NCBI GenBank assembly: GCA_051294375.1
Contig: CM119268.1
Location: forward strand, 4,537,454 to 4,601,453
Length of the DNA: 64,000 bases
Direction: 5' to 3'
Origin: Paraspadella gotoi
Taxonomy: Eukaryota; Animalia; Chaetognatha
Below, piece by piece: positions 1-11,835 of the stretch. The position numbers and the translations under genes were made by a program. The notes under the pieces were generated by a model. The model was given only the letters and a program-made list of their open reading frames with translations. It was not told the DNA's origin and did no database searches. Position 1 is the first letter of the stretch; each line of letters starts with the position of its first letter.

Positions 1-1
1 G

Positions 2-593
2 CGCTGCAGCCGGCGCCGCAGCGGACGCCGCCGGTCCAGCGACCTCCTTCGACCGCATCTGCCGATGACGCGACGGCGCCGATTCCATCTTTACCATCTG
101 TTCTCTCGGTTCCATCGGTATCGTCTCTTCCATCCCTTCTCTCTCTCCAATCCCTTCCCCATCTTTCACCATCGATTCCACCGCGTTTCTCAGTTCCATC
201 AATTTCGGTTCCATCCCGACGATGCCCGATTTTCGGTCCAAAGCGACGGAAATCATTCTCAACGTTTTTTCCGCCGCCAATTCTATCGTGGATTTCCGCG
301 TCGGATTCCGCCTCGCGTTTGACGGCGGGGGCGGTTGTTTTGTCTCGTGTTCCGTCGTCTGTTTCGTCGTCTGTTTCGTCTCTTGTTTCCTCGTTTTTAC
401 CGACATCTTTCTCGTCATCGCCTCGTCCAACTTCGTCTCTTTTTCCCGAAGGATTTCCCGATTCGGCGTCGTCGTCGTCGTCGTCGTCGTCTGTTTTGTT
501 TTCGGAGACAATGACGTTTCGTCTTCGTCGTCGTTGTTTCGGGTCGTAGTTTCGACAGGCGACGCCTGGATAATTAGTCCCGCGAGTGACGCT

Positions 594-624
<31 letters not shown>

Positions 625-1673
625 GCATCGTCGCCGACGCCATAGAAGTTGTCGTCGTCGTCGTCGTCTTCGTCGTCGCCCTTCCCGTCACCGTCGCCGC
701 GTTCATCAGCAGCGGCAGGAGAAAGAAAGGCAGGAACCGCTTCAGCCACGGCGGACGAAAATCTGACGCTGCTCGTTTCCTTCTGACGAAAGATTCGCTC
801 GATTTTGGGTGAGAGAGAGAGCGAGTGACGGGGTGAGTGAAAAAGTGAGTGCGAGACAGAGGGTGGGGAAGAGCGAAGGGGGAACAAGAACGAGGAATTA
901 GAGTCTCGTTAGAGTGGACGGGAAAACGTAGCTGTTGGTGTTGTTTTTGTTGTTGTTGTTGTTGTTGTCCTCTTTTCACTCCGAATTCGTTCCCGTCATT
1001 TTCTCTCTGACTTTGAGATTCTTCTTCCTCCTTCACACGTTTTTCTCTTTGTTCCCTCATTCGTTGTTGTTGTAGTTTTAGTTGTTGTTCTTCTTCTTCC
1101 CCCGTCTTTTCTTCTTCTCCGGCCACGCCCACTCGATCAGCGTCGATTACGAAGGCGGATTCGATATCGTATCGGTTTTTCGATACGAACGCTTCGTCGT
1201 CCTCATCGTCGTCGTCGTCGTCGTCGTCGTCTACACGAATTTCGACGCCGCAATTTTTCATTCGAGAGAGGGAACCAAAAAGCGCGCTGGTTTTAGTGAG
1301 TGGCGACGCCGGGTCCATTGCGGCGTCGTCTTCGAGGTCAGTCGTCGATTGAACTCTTCGGGCGCCGTCCGTCCCTGAAACTGATTTCGGCGCCGCTAGT
1401 TCCGACAGAGTTGCTAATTCCACTGGCGCCGAAAGTTCCATCGGCTGGAAAAATTCCACCGGCGCCGTAAACTCGACTCGACCTTCGGCGCCGCGAATCG
1501 GAGAATCGGAGGGAACGCCGGACGACGATGTCGACGTCGGCGGCGTCGGCGGCGACGTCGGCAAAGTTCTCGCCGGTGCAGACGCGTGACCGGAATTTCT
1601 GAATCCGAGATTCGCCGAATTCCCTTCAGACCGAAGGAAGATTGAGTTCTCAGCCTGGGGTTCGTGTGACGGC

Positions 1674-1704
<31 letters not shown>

Positions 1705-3059
1705 GCGACGATGGCGGCGAAAATGTCATCCGACGCTTCGATCCTCGAATTCGATGAGATGAGAGAGAGATAGAGGCACTGCTGCTACTTCTGCTGCTGC
1801 TTCTGATGCTTCTGCCATTGCTTCTAATGCTGCTGATGCTTCTCATGCTGCGGCTGCGGCTGCTTCTAATGTTGCTGCTGCTTCTGATTTTGCTTCGGTT
1901 GCTGTAGCTGTTTTGGTAGTTGACCTTGTTATTGTTGCTGCTTTTAATGCTGTTGTTGTTTTTAACATTGTTGGTATTGTGTTCGTTTTTAATGTCGTCG
2001 TCGTCGTTGTTGTTGTTGTTGTTGNNNNNNNNNNTGTTGTTGTTGTTGTTGTTGTTGTTGTTGTCAAGCGATGACAGTTCGGCGACGATTCGAAAATTTG
2101 TGAAGGAAATAAACGGCGAAGCTGACATGACATGACATGACATTAAAGGTTTTGAGGAATTATTTGAGCGAGAGAGAGACGCGTTGTTGTAGATGTTATT
2201 GTTGTTTTTGCGATATTTTTCGATTCTGTAGAAGTTGTTCTTGTTCTTGTTTTTGTTTTTGTTTCTCTTTTTAAAGTATTTGAGCGAAAGTTTAAAATGG
2301 TTCGAGTTTGATAATTGACTTTTAATTTGATCTAAGTTCGAATTTTCAGAATCTTTAACTCGATTCAAATTCGGCATTTTACCGAGATCTCTGACCAAAC
2401 GTTCAGATGGATTAAACTTTGCATTTTTAACGCGATCTCTGACCAAACGTTCAGACGGAACAAACTTTGTATTTTTAATGGGATCTCTGACCGAACGTTC
2501 AGCCAGATTAAACTTTGTATTTTTAACGGGATGTCGGATTAAACATTTTGCCAGATTCAACTTTAGATTTTTAAAAGGATCTCCGATTGTATGTTCAGCT
2601 GTATTTAACATTATATTTTTAATGGTATCTCGGATAAAAAATTCTGCATTATCCAACTTTGGATTTTTAATGGTATCTGTCATTGAACATTCTGCCGGAT
2701 TCAACTTTGAATTTTTATTAGAATCTCTAATCGTACTTTCTGAGGAATTTATTGTAGCATTTTTAGCTGGATCTCTGATCGAACATTCTGCCGGATTTAA
2801 CTTTGAATTTTTAACGGGATCTCTGATCACAAAATCTGCCGGATTCAACTTAGCATTTTTAGCGCGATCTCTGATCGAACGTTTTGCCGGTTCCGAGATC
2901 AGGCTGGGCTTCCGGTCGAGCCAAGTCTTTGCGAAGAAACGATGATTGGTCGGGCTTGAAAATTGATTGGTTTGGAGTTGCGATTGATTGGTAGGGCGTT
3001 GTAATTCTCGTGCTGCGTTTTTTTGATTGGCGAAGAAACGAAACGGATAATTATTGTGC

Positions 3060-3133
<74 letters not shown>

Positions 3134-3286
3134 CGATGATGATGATGATGTCGACGACGACGACGACGACGACGACGAAGACGTTAGATGAATCCAACTG
3201 TTTTTGCAGTCGAGTTGAGTTGAGCTTTGATTGGTGAGTGCGATAGAAGACAGAAGAGGTGCAGAGCGATAAGACGACGATGACGA

Positions 3287-3331
<45 letters not shown>

Positions 3332-4255
3332 AGAAGAAGAAGAAGAATAATGGGAAGAAGTTAATGAGGTCTTAGAGTCCATATCTTCGTCGTCGTCGTC
3401 AACCGAGCCCGCCGTATGAGGGCGCCGAGGCGCCGCCGAGTTCCATGGCGCCGTTTGGCGTCTAAGTTCGGCGTCGATTTTTGAAGATGGCGTCGTTGTC
3501 GAGGCGAAGGTTAGGTTGTTGTTGTTGCAGTTTTTGTTGTTGTTGTCGTCGTCGTCGTGAGCTGAGGCGAATCGTTGACGCTTAGGGGTCAACTCTTCGA
3601 CCTCGTCAAGTCGACAACGTCTACCGTCGTCGTCGTTATCGTCATCGTCGTCGTCGTCGTTTCCTTGTTTGCGTCTTTCTTTTAGCTTGACTTTCTTCGT
3701 GAGGATATTGTTAATTCGCGAGTGTACACGTCCGGCTCTATGATTAGGAGGGTTAAGTTGATACGCGTAGGAGCTACTACTGCTAATAGTGTATTGAATA
3801 GAAATATTGTTGTTTGCGTTGCTATGACGATACGCTAGATTACGTGAGTCGAAAGAATCGAAATTGATTATTGATGCGCGGAGAGGAGGGGGAGGAAGAG
3901 GAAGAGGAGGAGAGGAAGAAGAGGAGGAAGGAGATGAAAAAACTGAAGGAGAAAATTGAGAAGAAGCAGAATTGTCAATTTTGCGACAAATTCGATCGGG
4001 AAAACCCGGATGTAAGAAGACTCGTCGTTGTTGTTGTTGTCGTTTGGTTCGACGATCGCCGGCGTCGACGGAGGCGGGACACGCCCACCGGAAGTCAGAG
4101 CCGACGACGCCGTCCCCTCGCGGTCGAGCCGGCGGGGCTGGTGAGGCCGATGAGGAGGAGGAGGAGGAGGAGGCAGAGAAGGTGAGTAAACGCTTTTGAG
4201 TATGAAAGGAAAGTCTGCGTCTTGGGGGAGAACGATGCAGGCGACGAAAATGCAT
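2..4255 (-). CDS. Very long intronless ORF (>=1418 aa, open at the window's left edge); low-complexity protein with 16-aa repeat, internal hydrophobic signal-like segment and Thr-rich region; function unknown
   Basis: Hand-translated without a stop from ATG at 4255 (MHFRRLHRSPPRRRLSFHTQKRLL...) to base 2 (...RHRQMRSKEVAGPAASAAAPAAA). In-frame TAA lies just upstream (~4270). All long internal microsatellites are triplets (poly-S, D, N, T, Q), and the frame holds across the 10-N gap at 2025-2034. Probably absent from the ORF track because it has no stop in the window. Confidence 0.75.
2362..2890 (-). repeat. Coding 48-bp / 16-aa tandem repeat, ~11 diverged copies, consensus approx IRDPVKNSKLNPAECS
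   Basis: gatctctgacc recurs at 2386 and 2434 (period 48). Units read IRDRAKNAKLNPADFV, IRDPVKNSKLNPAECS, IRDPAKNATINSSEST, IRDSNKNSKLNPAECS, MTDTIKNPKLDNAEFF, IRDTIKNIMLNTAEHT, IGDPFKNLKLNLAKCL, IRHPVKNTKFNLAERS, VRDPIKNTKFVPSERL, VRDRVKNAKFNPSERL, VRDLGK. Confidence 0.9.
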
Positions 4256-4895
4256 TCTTATTTTCTTTTATAGTTTTATGTTTTTTAAAAAAAAGATCAA
4301 TAATATAATTTTCCTTGGCTTTTATTTTTTGGTCTGTTTTTTTTTTTTTTTGTTTTTTTTAGTTTTGTTTTTTGTTTTTTGCTTAGTTCTTAAAAATGCT
4401 TCTTTTTCCCTCTGGCGGTCGAATTTTCTCTTCTTGTGAAATGGGTTTTTTTTTCTTTTTGTTTTTGTTTTTTGCTTTTTTTACTTTCGTTGGGTGTTTA
4501 TATCGGTTTTTTTTAGTTCCTCTTCTCCCTTCCTTTTTTTGATCGGCTTTCCTCTCCCTCTTTTTCTCTCACTCTCTCTCTCTCTCTCGCTCTCTCGCTC
4601 TCCCTCTAGCTTTCCCGGTTTCCCACGCCGGACGATGGATCCGTCTCCTTCCCTGTCATCGTTGGTCTCTCGTCTCCTTTTCAGGTGGGGACCCGATCGA
4701 GCATTTCTCTCTCCTCTTCGCCCGACAGATCTTAAAGAGCGGGGCCGTATAGGAGAGGAACAGAGTTTGTCGCAAAATCTGGAATGGAGGGAGGGAGAGG
4801 GAGTGATGAGAGAGGGTAGGAAAAAGAGATTGAGAAGGGGGGGATGAAGAAAGGGGAAGAGAGAGAGAAAGAGAGAGAGAGAAGAGAGTAGAGAG

Positions 4896-4927
<32 letters not shown>

Positions 4928-4939
4928 ATGAGAGAGAGA

Positions 4940-4972
<33 letters not shown>

Positions 4973-5444
4973 AGAGAGAGAGACGAGAGGAGAGAGAGAT
5001 AGCACGCAGACGAGGCACGAGGCCATGAAGCAGAATTAAGTCTTTGGAAAAAAGAATAAAAGAAAAAAATGTATGTAGTTTAACCAAATAATAAAGGAAA
5101 AGAGCAGTCTGCGAAAAAAGCAAATATTACTCGGGAGGAAAGGGAAAATANNNNNNNNNNNNNNNNNNNNNNNNNAGAGAGAGAGAAGAGAGGACGAGAG
5201 AGAGAAAGAGAGAAGAGAGCAGAGAGATGAGAGAGCACGAGAGAGAGAGAATTAAAATCGTTCCCTGGTAAGCGGAGGGCAAAAAATGGGACGAGAATTT
5301 TCTTGTTTATTTTGAAAAAAAAGAGGAAAAATTTAAAAAATTTTCGCTGTTTTGTTGTTCGCTCTGTCTCCCTCTTTTTGAACTGGAAAGTGTGAATTTA
5401 TATAAGTTGGGGGCTGGTTTGAATAAACAGAAGAAAAGAGAGAG

Positions 5445-5476
<32 letters not shown>

Positions 5477-5615
5477 TGAGAAGAGAGAGAGAGAGGAGAG
5501 AAGAGAGAAGAGAGAGAGAGAGAGAGAGCTCTCCATTGTCTCTAAGCTGTCACTGCCTCCCCCCTTTCTGATCTCATATTTTCACTCTCGGGGCGAAGTC
5601 TTTCCACCTCTCTTA

Positions 5616-5647
<32 letters not shown>

Positions 5648-5648
5648 A

Positions 5649-5696
<48 letters not shown>

Positions 5697-7800
5697 TCTG
5701 CTCTTCCTTTTCTTATCCCCCCTTCTCAATCTTTTTTCCTCCCTCTCTCTACTCACTCCATCCTATATCTGAAACTCATTTATCAAAGTCAGAGAGAAGT
5801 TTGAACCGCGAAGGAGAATCTTAATCAAACATTAGTGATTCGATTCGCGGACTTTTTTTTTTGTTTCGTTCTATTTTCGTTGTCGTCGCTTTTATCATTT
5901 TTGGCACTGTTTTTCGAACGCGCCCCATGCCTGTTTCTAAATAATGAACTTATTTTTAACCTAAAATCTAAACCATGATCTGTTACCAAATTCAAGAGCC
6001 ATTCCCTAATCATAATCTCTTACGCTGATGCCTAGTCTAATCTCTAATCTCTAATATCCAATCTCTAAACTCTAATCTCTAATCTCTAATCTCTAATCTC
6101 TAATATCTAACCCTTTACCTCCAAACCAAATTATTAACCAATGGATTCACCAGATGTCTACCCACTCTCCTCTCATCCTTCTTCTCTTGACTCTCTCCCT
6201 CCACTTCCTTTTAACTTCCGATCACGTGACTCAATTTGATCTCTCTCACCCTCACGCCCCCACCTCCCTCTCCCCCTGTCTCCACACTCCCCCTTCCGCG
6301 CCAGATATAATCGATTCCTCTTTATTTCTTTGTTAAAAACTTATATCTGTACATAACAACATAGATTATAATCTGAATTTAGTCGATTTTCCCCATTCTC
6401 GCGCTGAAGGCAGACAGAAAGTCTCTCAAAAAAGTGCTTTGACGTTTTGCCGATGTCTAAGCCTGCATTCGTAGTACCAAGTGCATAAAAGAAATGTAGA
6501 AAAACGTTTTTAAGTAAAACTTTTTAATTTAATTATAGCCAATTTTAGTAGAAAGAAATTTGTTTTAAAAATATGGTTTGTAAAAGCAACAGTGACGAAA
6601 TAATAACAAGTAACGTTACAAGTGTCGTCTTCGTCGTCGTCGTTATCGTCATCATTGTCGTCATCCTCGTCATCGTCGTTGTCGTTATCGTCATCATTGT
6701 CGTCATCCTCGTCATCGTCGTTGTCGTTATCGTCGTGGTCATCGTCGTTCCCGAGAGACATATTGTTCTCGTTCGACCGTCCGCGTTTCCTCATTCGTTT
6801 CCCAAAGACAAAAAAGGGAATTTGTCGATTTCAGACGGAAGCTGCCTTCCCGACCGCGAGAGGCTGCTGGTTATGTCACCCGCGAGGATAAATATCACCG
6901 GGCGAGGATAGTTATCGCTCGAGCAGAAGGTTGAATTCTGCTTCGAGAATTTTTCTTTTTAAGTTTTTTTCTGTTTTTGTTTTACTTTTACGTTTTTTTT
7001 TTATTTTCTTTGTTCCTTTTTCTTTCTTTTTTTACTTTTTTTTTCTTTTTTCTTTTTTGTTTTTTATCTTTTCTTTGTTTCGCGCATCTTTTTCATTTTA
7101 TCTTTTCCTTTTTTTTTTTATAGTTTTCCTATCTCCTTTTTTATTTTTCCTTTCTTTCTTTCCATTCTTTCTCTCTTTCTGTCTTTCTTTCTTTCTTTCT
7201 TTCTNNNNNNNNNNNNNNNNNNNNNNNNNNNNNNNNNNNNNNNNNNNNNNNNNNNNNNNNNNNNNNNNNNNNNNNNNNNNNNNNNNNNNNNNNNNNNNNN
7301 NNNNNNNNNNNNNNNNNNNNNNNNNNNNNNNNNNNNNNNNNNNNNNNNNNNNNNNNNNNNNNNNNNNNNNNNNNNNNNNNNNNNNNNNNNNNNNNNNNNN
7401 NNNNNNNNNNNNNNNNNNNNNNNNNNNNNNNNNNNNNNNNNNNNNNNNNNNNNNNNNNNNNNNNNNNNNNNNNNNNNNNNNNNNNNNNNNNNNNNNNNNN
7501 NNNNNCTCTCTCTCTCTCCTCAATTCCATTGTTTCTTCAGCGAATGTTTTTGACAAATGCAAACCGGCGCGGCGCCATAATACCATGGGGCGCGGATGGA
7601 ACTTGGCGTCGAATCTCTTCTCCGACGCTGTTCTCGCGGAAAACGGCGCGCCGTTGTCTCGTCCTACTCTATAGCGGCGCCTTTTTAACTTTTTTGACGC
7701 CGGTTTATGACGGAATTCCCCGCGTTGACGACATAAACTCTGTTCCGGAGCCGTATTAATGAGCGCTCTCTGTAGCGAACGGCGTCTTTCTCTCTCTACA

Positions 7801-7921
<121 letters not shown>

Positions 7922-8033
7922 GGTCTTCTCGACCAACTGCAGCGGATTCTCCCCTCCCCAGGCGAAATTCCCTATCTAAGTTCGAGAGAAACAGAGAGAG
8001 TAAAGAAAGAAATAAAAAGAAAGAGAGAAAGAG

Positions 8034-8095
<62 letters not shown>

Positions 8096-10116
8096 TAAAA
8101 AAATTAAGAGAGAGACAAAGAGAGACTGAGAGAAAGACGAAAGTAGAAATGGCCGAAAAAAGGAGAGAGAAAGAGCATCAGTTATTCAGGAATGAAGAAC
8201 GTCTATGAACGTAACTCTATGAAAAAAGAAAAGACATAAAAAACAAGAACCGGCAAATTCGTGAATTATGCCCTTTTGAATTTCTGGTCACGCGATTACG
8301 TTCCCAGGTAATCATGCGAATGCGCAAGTATGATACATATTGCTCATTGAAGTTCTTATGATACCATAACCTGTCTTCAAAATCTGAATTAAATTGATTA
8401 ATTAAATTAAATTAAATTGATCGCAACAATGAAATCGTCTTCGGTCGAAACAATTATCGGCGAAGACTTGTACCGCATTCCAGGATAAACAATTCGTGGG
8501 ATTGGAAGAGATAGCGGTTTAACCATTAAGGTGTGCCAGACCTGTCCAATGTGTCCATGTTTCTTCTTATATTGGTGACATTCTGGTTACCAAGGCAGGT
8601 TCAATTTGTTGATATTCTTTCATCGATGCATTTTCCAATGATCACGTTACAAGTGTGAAACATTTGCGTACTTGTTAGTTGTTACGCAAAAATAAACCTT
8701 CATAATCATAATTCGATTCAATTCGATTCGATAATCATATTTCGATTGACTAATTCTCTAACTTTCCCTCGATTGTTCTTTTGTTATTTTCGCTGACACG
8801 GAAAGAACCAAGAATTTAAGCGACTAGTAGAGCTCCCTTTGGTTTTTTAAAGAAACTATAAAAAAAAATGAAAGAGGAAATTGCGATGCGGTGCGTGTCG
8901 CGTCACGTACCGCATCGGAATTCGACTCGTCGAACGCTCATTGGCCCCGCCACCGCGTGACTTATCTCGGTAGTCACGTGATCACTCGAAAATACACGTG
9001 ATGAGAGAGTCACTGCGCCGCAACACATTAGAATCACCGTTCTTTTTAAATAATGTTTATGGCCTGACAAACGGAGTCGATTATCCGCACGACGAAAAAT
9101 TATTATCTTTATTATCATTATTATTATTAATTTATTATCCTTAACCTAGCATAATATTTCTATTAAAAACTCAATATAATGATTAAAACGAAATTCATTT
9201 CCTTTTTTTAAAATTTCCCCCCTGAAATCAAAAAAGGCGATAATCAAATTGGATTTTTACGGAAAAAAAAAAGATTAAGTTTCCGCTGAGAAACGAGGAA
9301 AAATTGACTGCGGAGACGAAAGAGTATTTGATTATTTTGATTATGATTATAATTAATAATTATTTTCGCGGACTAACAATTAAGATTAGGTTAAGATGCA
9401 AGGTATTTTTTTTTCTTCAGTGAAAGGAGATTATGATGGCGATGGTTATGATGTTGATGTTGATGATGATGATGATAATATAGATGATGTGATGATATAT
9501 ATGAAGATCAAGCGGAAAATAAATACTTAATCTTGAGACAGAAACAGTGAAGAAAAAAAAAACAAAACATGGACGCAAAAGAGACGAAAACAAATAAATC
9601 TCTACCTTGTTTTGGAATCTCTTGGGAAAGCTTAAGTCTTTGCAGACCCGACTCAACGTCTGTAATCAGATTACTCGCTTTCTCTCTCCCTCTCTCTCTC
9701 TTCTCTCCTCTCTCTCTCTCTACCTCTCTCTCTCTCTCTCTCAGGAGAGGAGCGAGGCTGCCAATACAACTTGAACTGTCGTACAAATCGCCTCTCTCTC
9801 TCTCTCTCTCTACTCTCTCTCTCTCTACTCCCTCTCTCTCTCTCTCTCTACTATCTCTCCTCTCGTCTTCCTCCTCTATTTTAGGCATATTTTTGTTAGC
9901 AGATTTTTTCCTCCTTTTTAGTTTTATACCCTTTTTTTTTCTGTGGATGAAATATAAAATTCGCGCTTGCAATGGTTTTTATAGGTTATAGGTTTTTATT
10001 CATAATTTCTTTTTTTTTTTAGTGAAACCGGAATTCATATTATTTTTTGTCTTCGCTAAAGTGGGTGGAAGCTCGAGAGAGTGATAGATTGAGTGAGAGA
10101 GGCAGAGACGGAGAAG

Positions 10117-10171
<55 letters not shown>

Positions 10172-10631
10172 AACGCGATTTCTTCTTTTTGACTCGCGCC
10201 ATCTTTCACTTTTTTATTCCTTTTTCCTTTTCTCTTTTTTCCTTTCTCCCTTTTTTTTTATGGATCCAAACCGAAATATCTTCTTTTTTTTCGCTTGGCT
10301 GACATCGGTGGGTGAATTGTTTTAGCCTCTTCTTCCAGATATTTTGTTTTTGTCTCTCTTTCCGTCTGTTTTGCTGTCTCTGTGTCTCACTCTGCAATCT
10401 GCATGTCTAATTATTTCTGTCTTTCTATCTTTCTGGGCCTAGTTCCGTACATCTGTACTTCTTGTACTCTTATCGTCTTAGTAGTTCTTTCCGTCATTTC
10501 CTTTGCTTCCATTTTTCTCTCTCAAAAAACACGCTTGTCTAAACAACCAACTGACAATTATCTCTTTTCCTAACAAATTTTTCCTCCCGTATTGTTTCCC
10601 TGCCAGATACGCCTGATCGGCACAAAAAAGG

Positions 10632-10734
<103 letters not shown>

Positions 10735-10789
10735 AAAGGCAGACGTTTTAACGAGAGAATGAAGAGCGTTTCCGATAACGAAGCCGATC

Positions 10790-11162
10790 TATCGTTGTCG
10801 AGGCTTGATTTTTTTGTCGCGGCTTGATTCGTTGTCAGAGCTTTATTCTTTGTCACAGGACGATTCGTTGTTGAAGCTTGATACATTGGGGCAGCTTGAT
10901 TCATTGTCACAGCTCTACTCTTTTTCTGGGCGATATTCGTTGTTGCGGCTAGATTCATTGTTACAGCTTGATTCCTTGAACAGCTTTATTTGTTGTAGCA
11001 GATTAATTTATTGTTGCAGCTTGATTCTTTGTTTCGGCTTGATTCGTTGTCGCGAACAGATTCGTTGTCGCGACCATATTCGTCATCACGATTACATTCG
11101 TTGTCGCGGCTCGATTCGTTGTCGCGGCTCGATTCGTTGTCGCGGCTCGATTCGTTGTCGCC
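10790..11162. repeat. 18-bp minisatellite, ~20 degenerate units (consensus gattcgttgtcgcggctc)
   Basis: Near-perfect copies at ~11095-11160, increasingly diverged to the left. Confidence 0.85.
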
Positions 11163-11470
11163 AGAGAAAAACAATCAGGACTTTGAGTGGAAGTGGAAGT
11201 GAGATAGGGAGGACCGATTGAGGGGAATGTGGGAAGACCGTTGGTGGCGGACGGAGGGGGAAACCGTTCGGGAGAGAGAAATGGGGCATAAGTTAATTGA
11301 TTAATTGTTTTTTTTATGTATGTTTTTTTAAATGAAAAAATAAGGATCTTCGTCATCATCATCTCTATCATCGATATCATCATCATCTTCATCATCTCAA
11401 TCGCCGTCCACGTCATACCTATTCTATTTGCGCTTCTGTACTCGAGAATAACGACTTTTTGACATAAAAT

Positions 11471-11835
11471 CGATTGGCGCGCGGAACACGAATCACGTGA
11501 ACGGTCACGTGATCCAAACCCCAGTCGACGCGCCAACGAATTTCACGTTTTACTCCAATGGAATTCAGATTAATATCGATTACGGAATTTCAAAGGATTT
11601 TGTGAGAATCCTGACTAACTTTATAAAGATAAAATACAAGTCGATTTAAACTTTTTGCCCTTGTTATTGATTTTGGAACTTAATGAAACCTTTCCATCCA
11701 AAACCCAATAAAAGCTGTCAAGTCTGTCACGTGATCGGACGACGAGTGACGGGTGAACGAAGGAGATCTGTCACGTGATCGGACGACGAGTGACACGTGA
11801 ACGAAGGTTGACGCGCGACGTCACCGCTTTTCAAG
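11471..11835 (+). promoter_or_regulatory. Putative promoter: five CACGTG E-boxes, a CCAAT box and a 44-bp direct repeat upstream of caagATGGCcg
   Basis: tcacgtga 11493, gtcacgtgat 11504/11726/11770, cacgtg 11794, attgg 11473; repeat tctgtcacgtgatcggacgacgagtgac..gtgaacgaagg at 11723 and 11767. Confidence 0.45.

Noticed and set aside
222-812. Plus-strand 196-aa Val-rich ORF and other plus ORFs in 1-4200
   Set aside because: Antisense shadows of the long minus-strand ORF, produced by (GTC)n repeats.
4780-5765. Inverted duplication (~4781-4870 vs ~5690-5763) around a 25-N gap
   Set aside because: Indel-rich, low-complexity and next to a gap; more likely a read foldback or gap-fill artefact than a real element.
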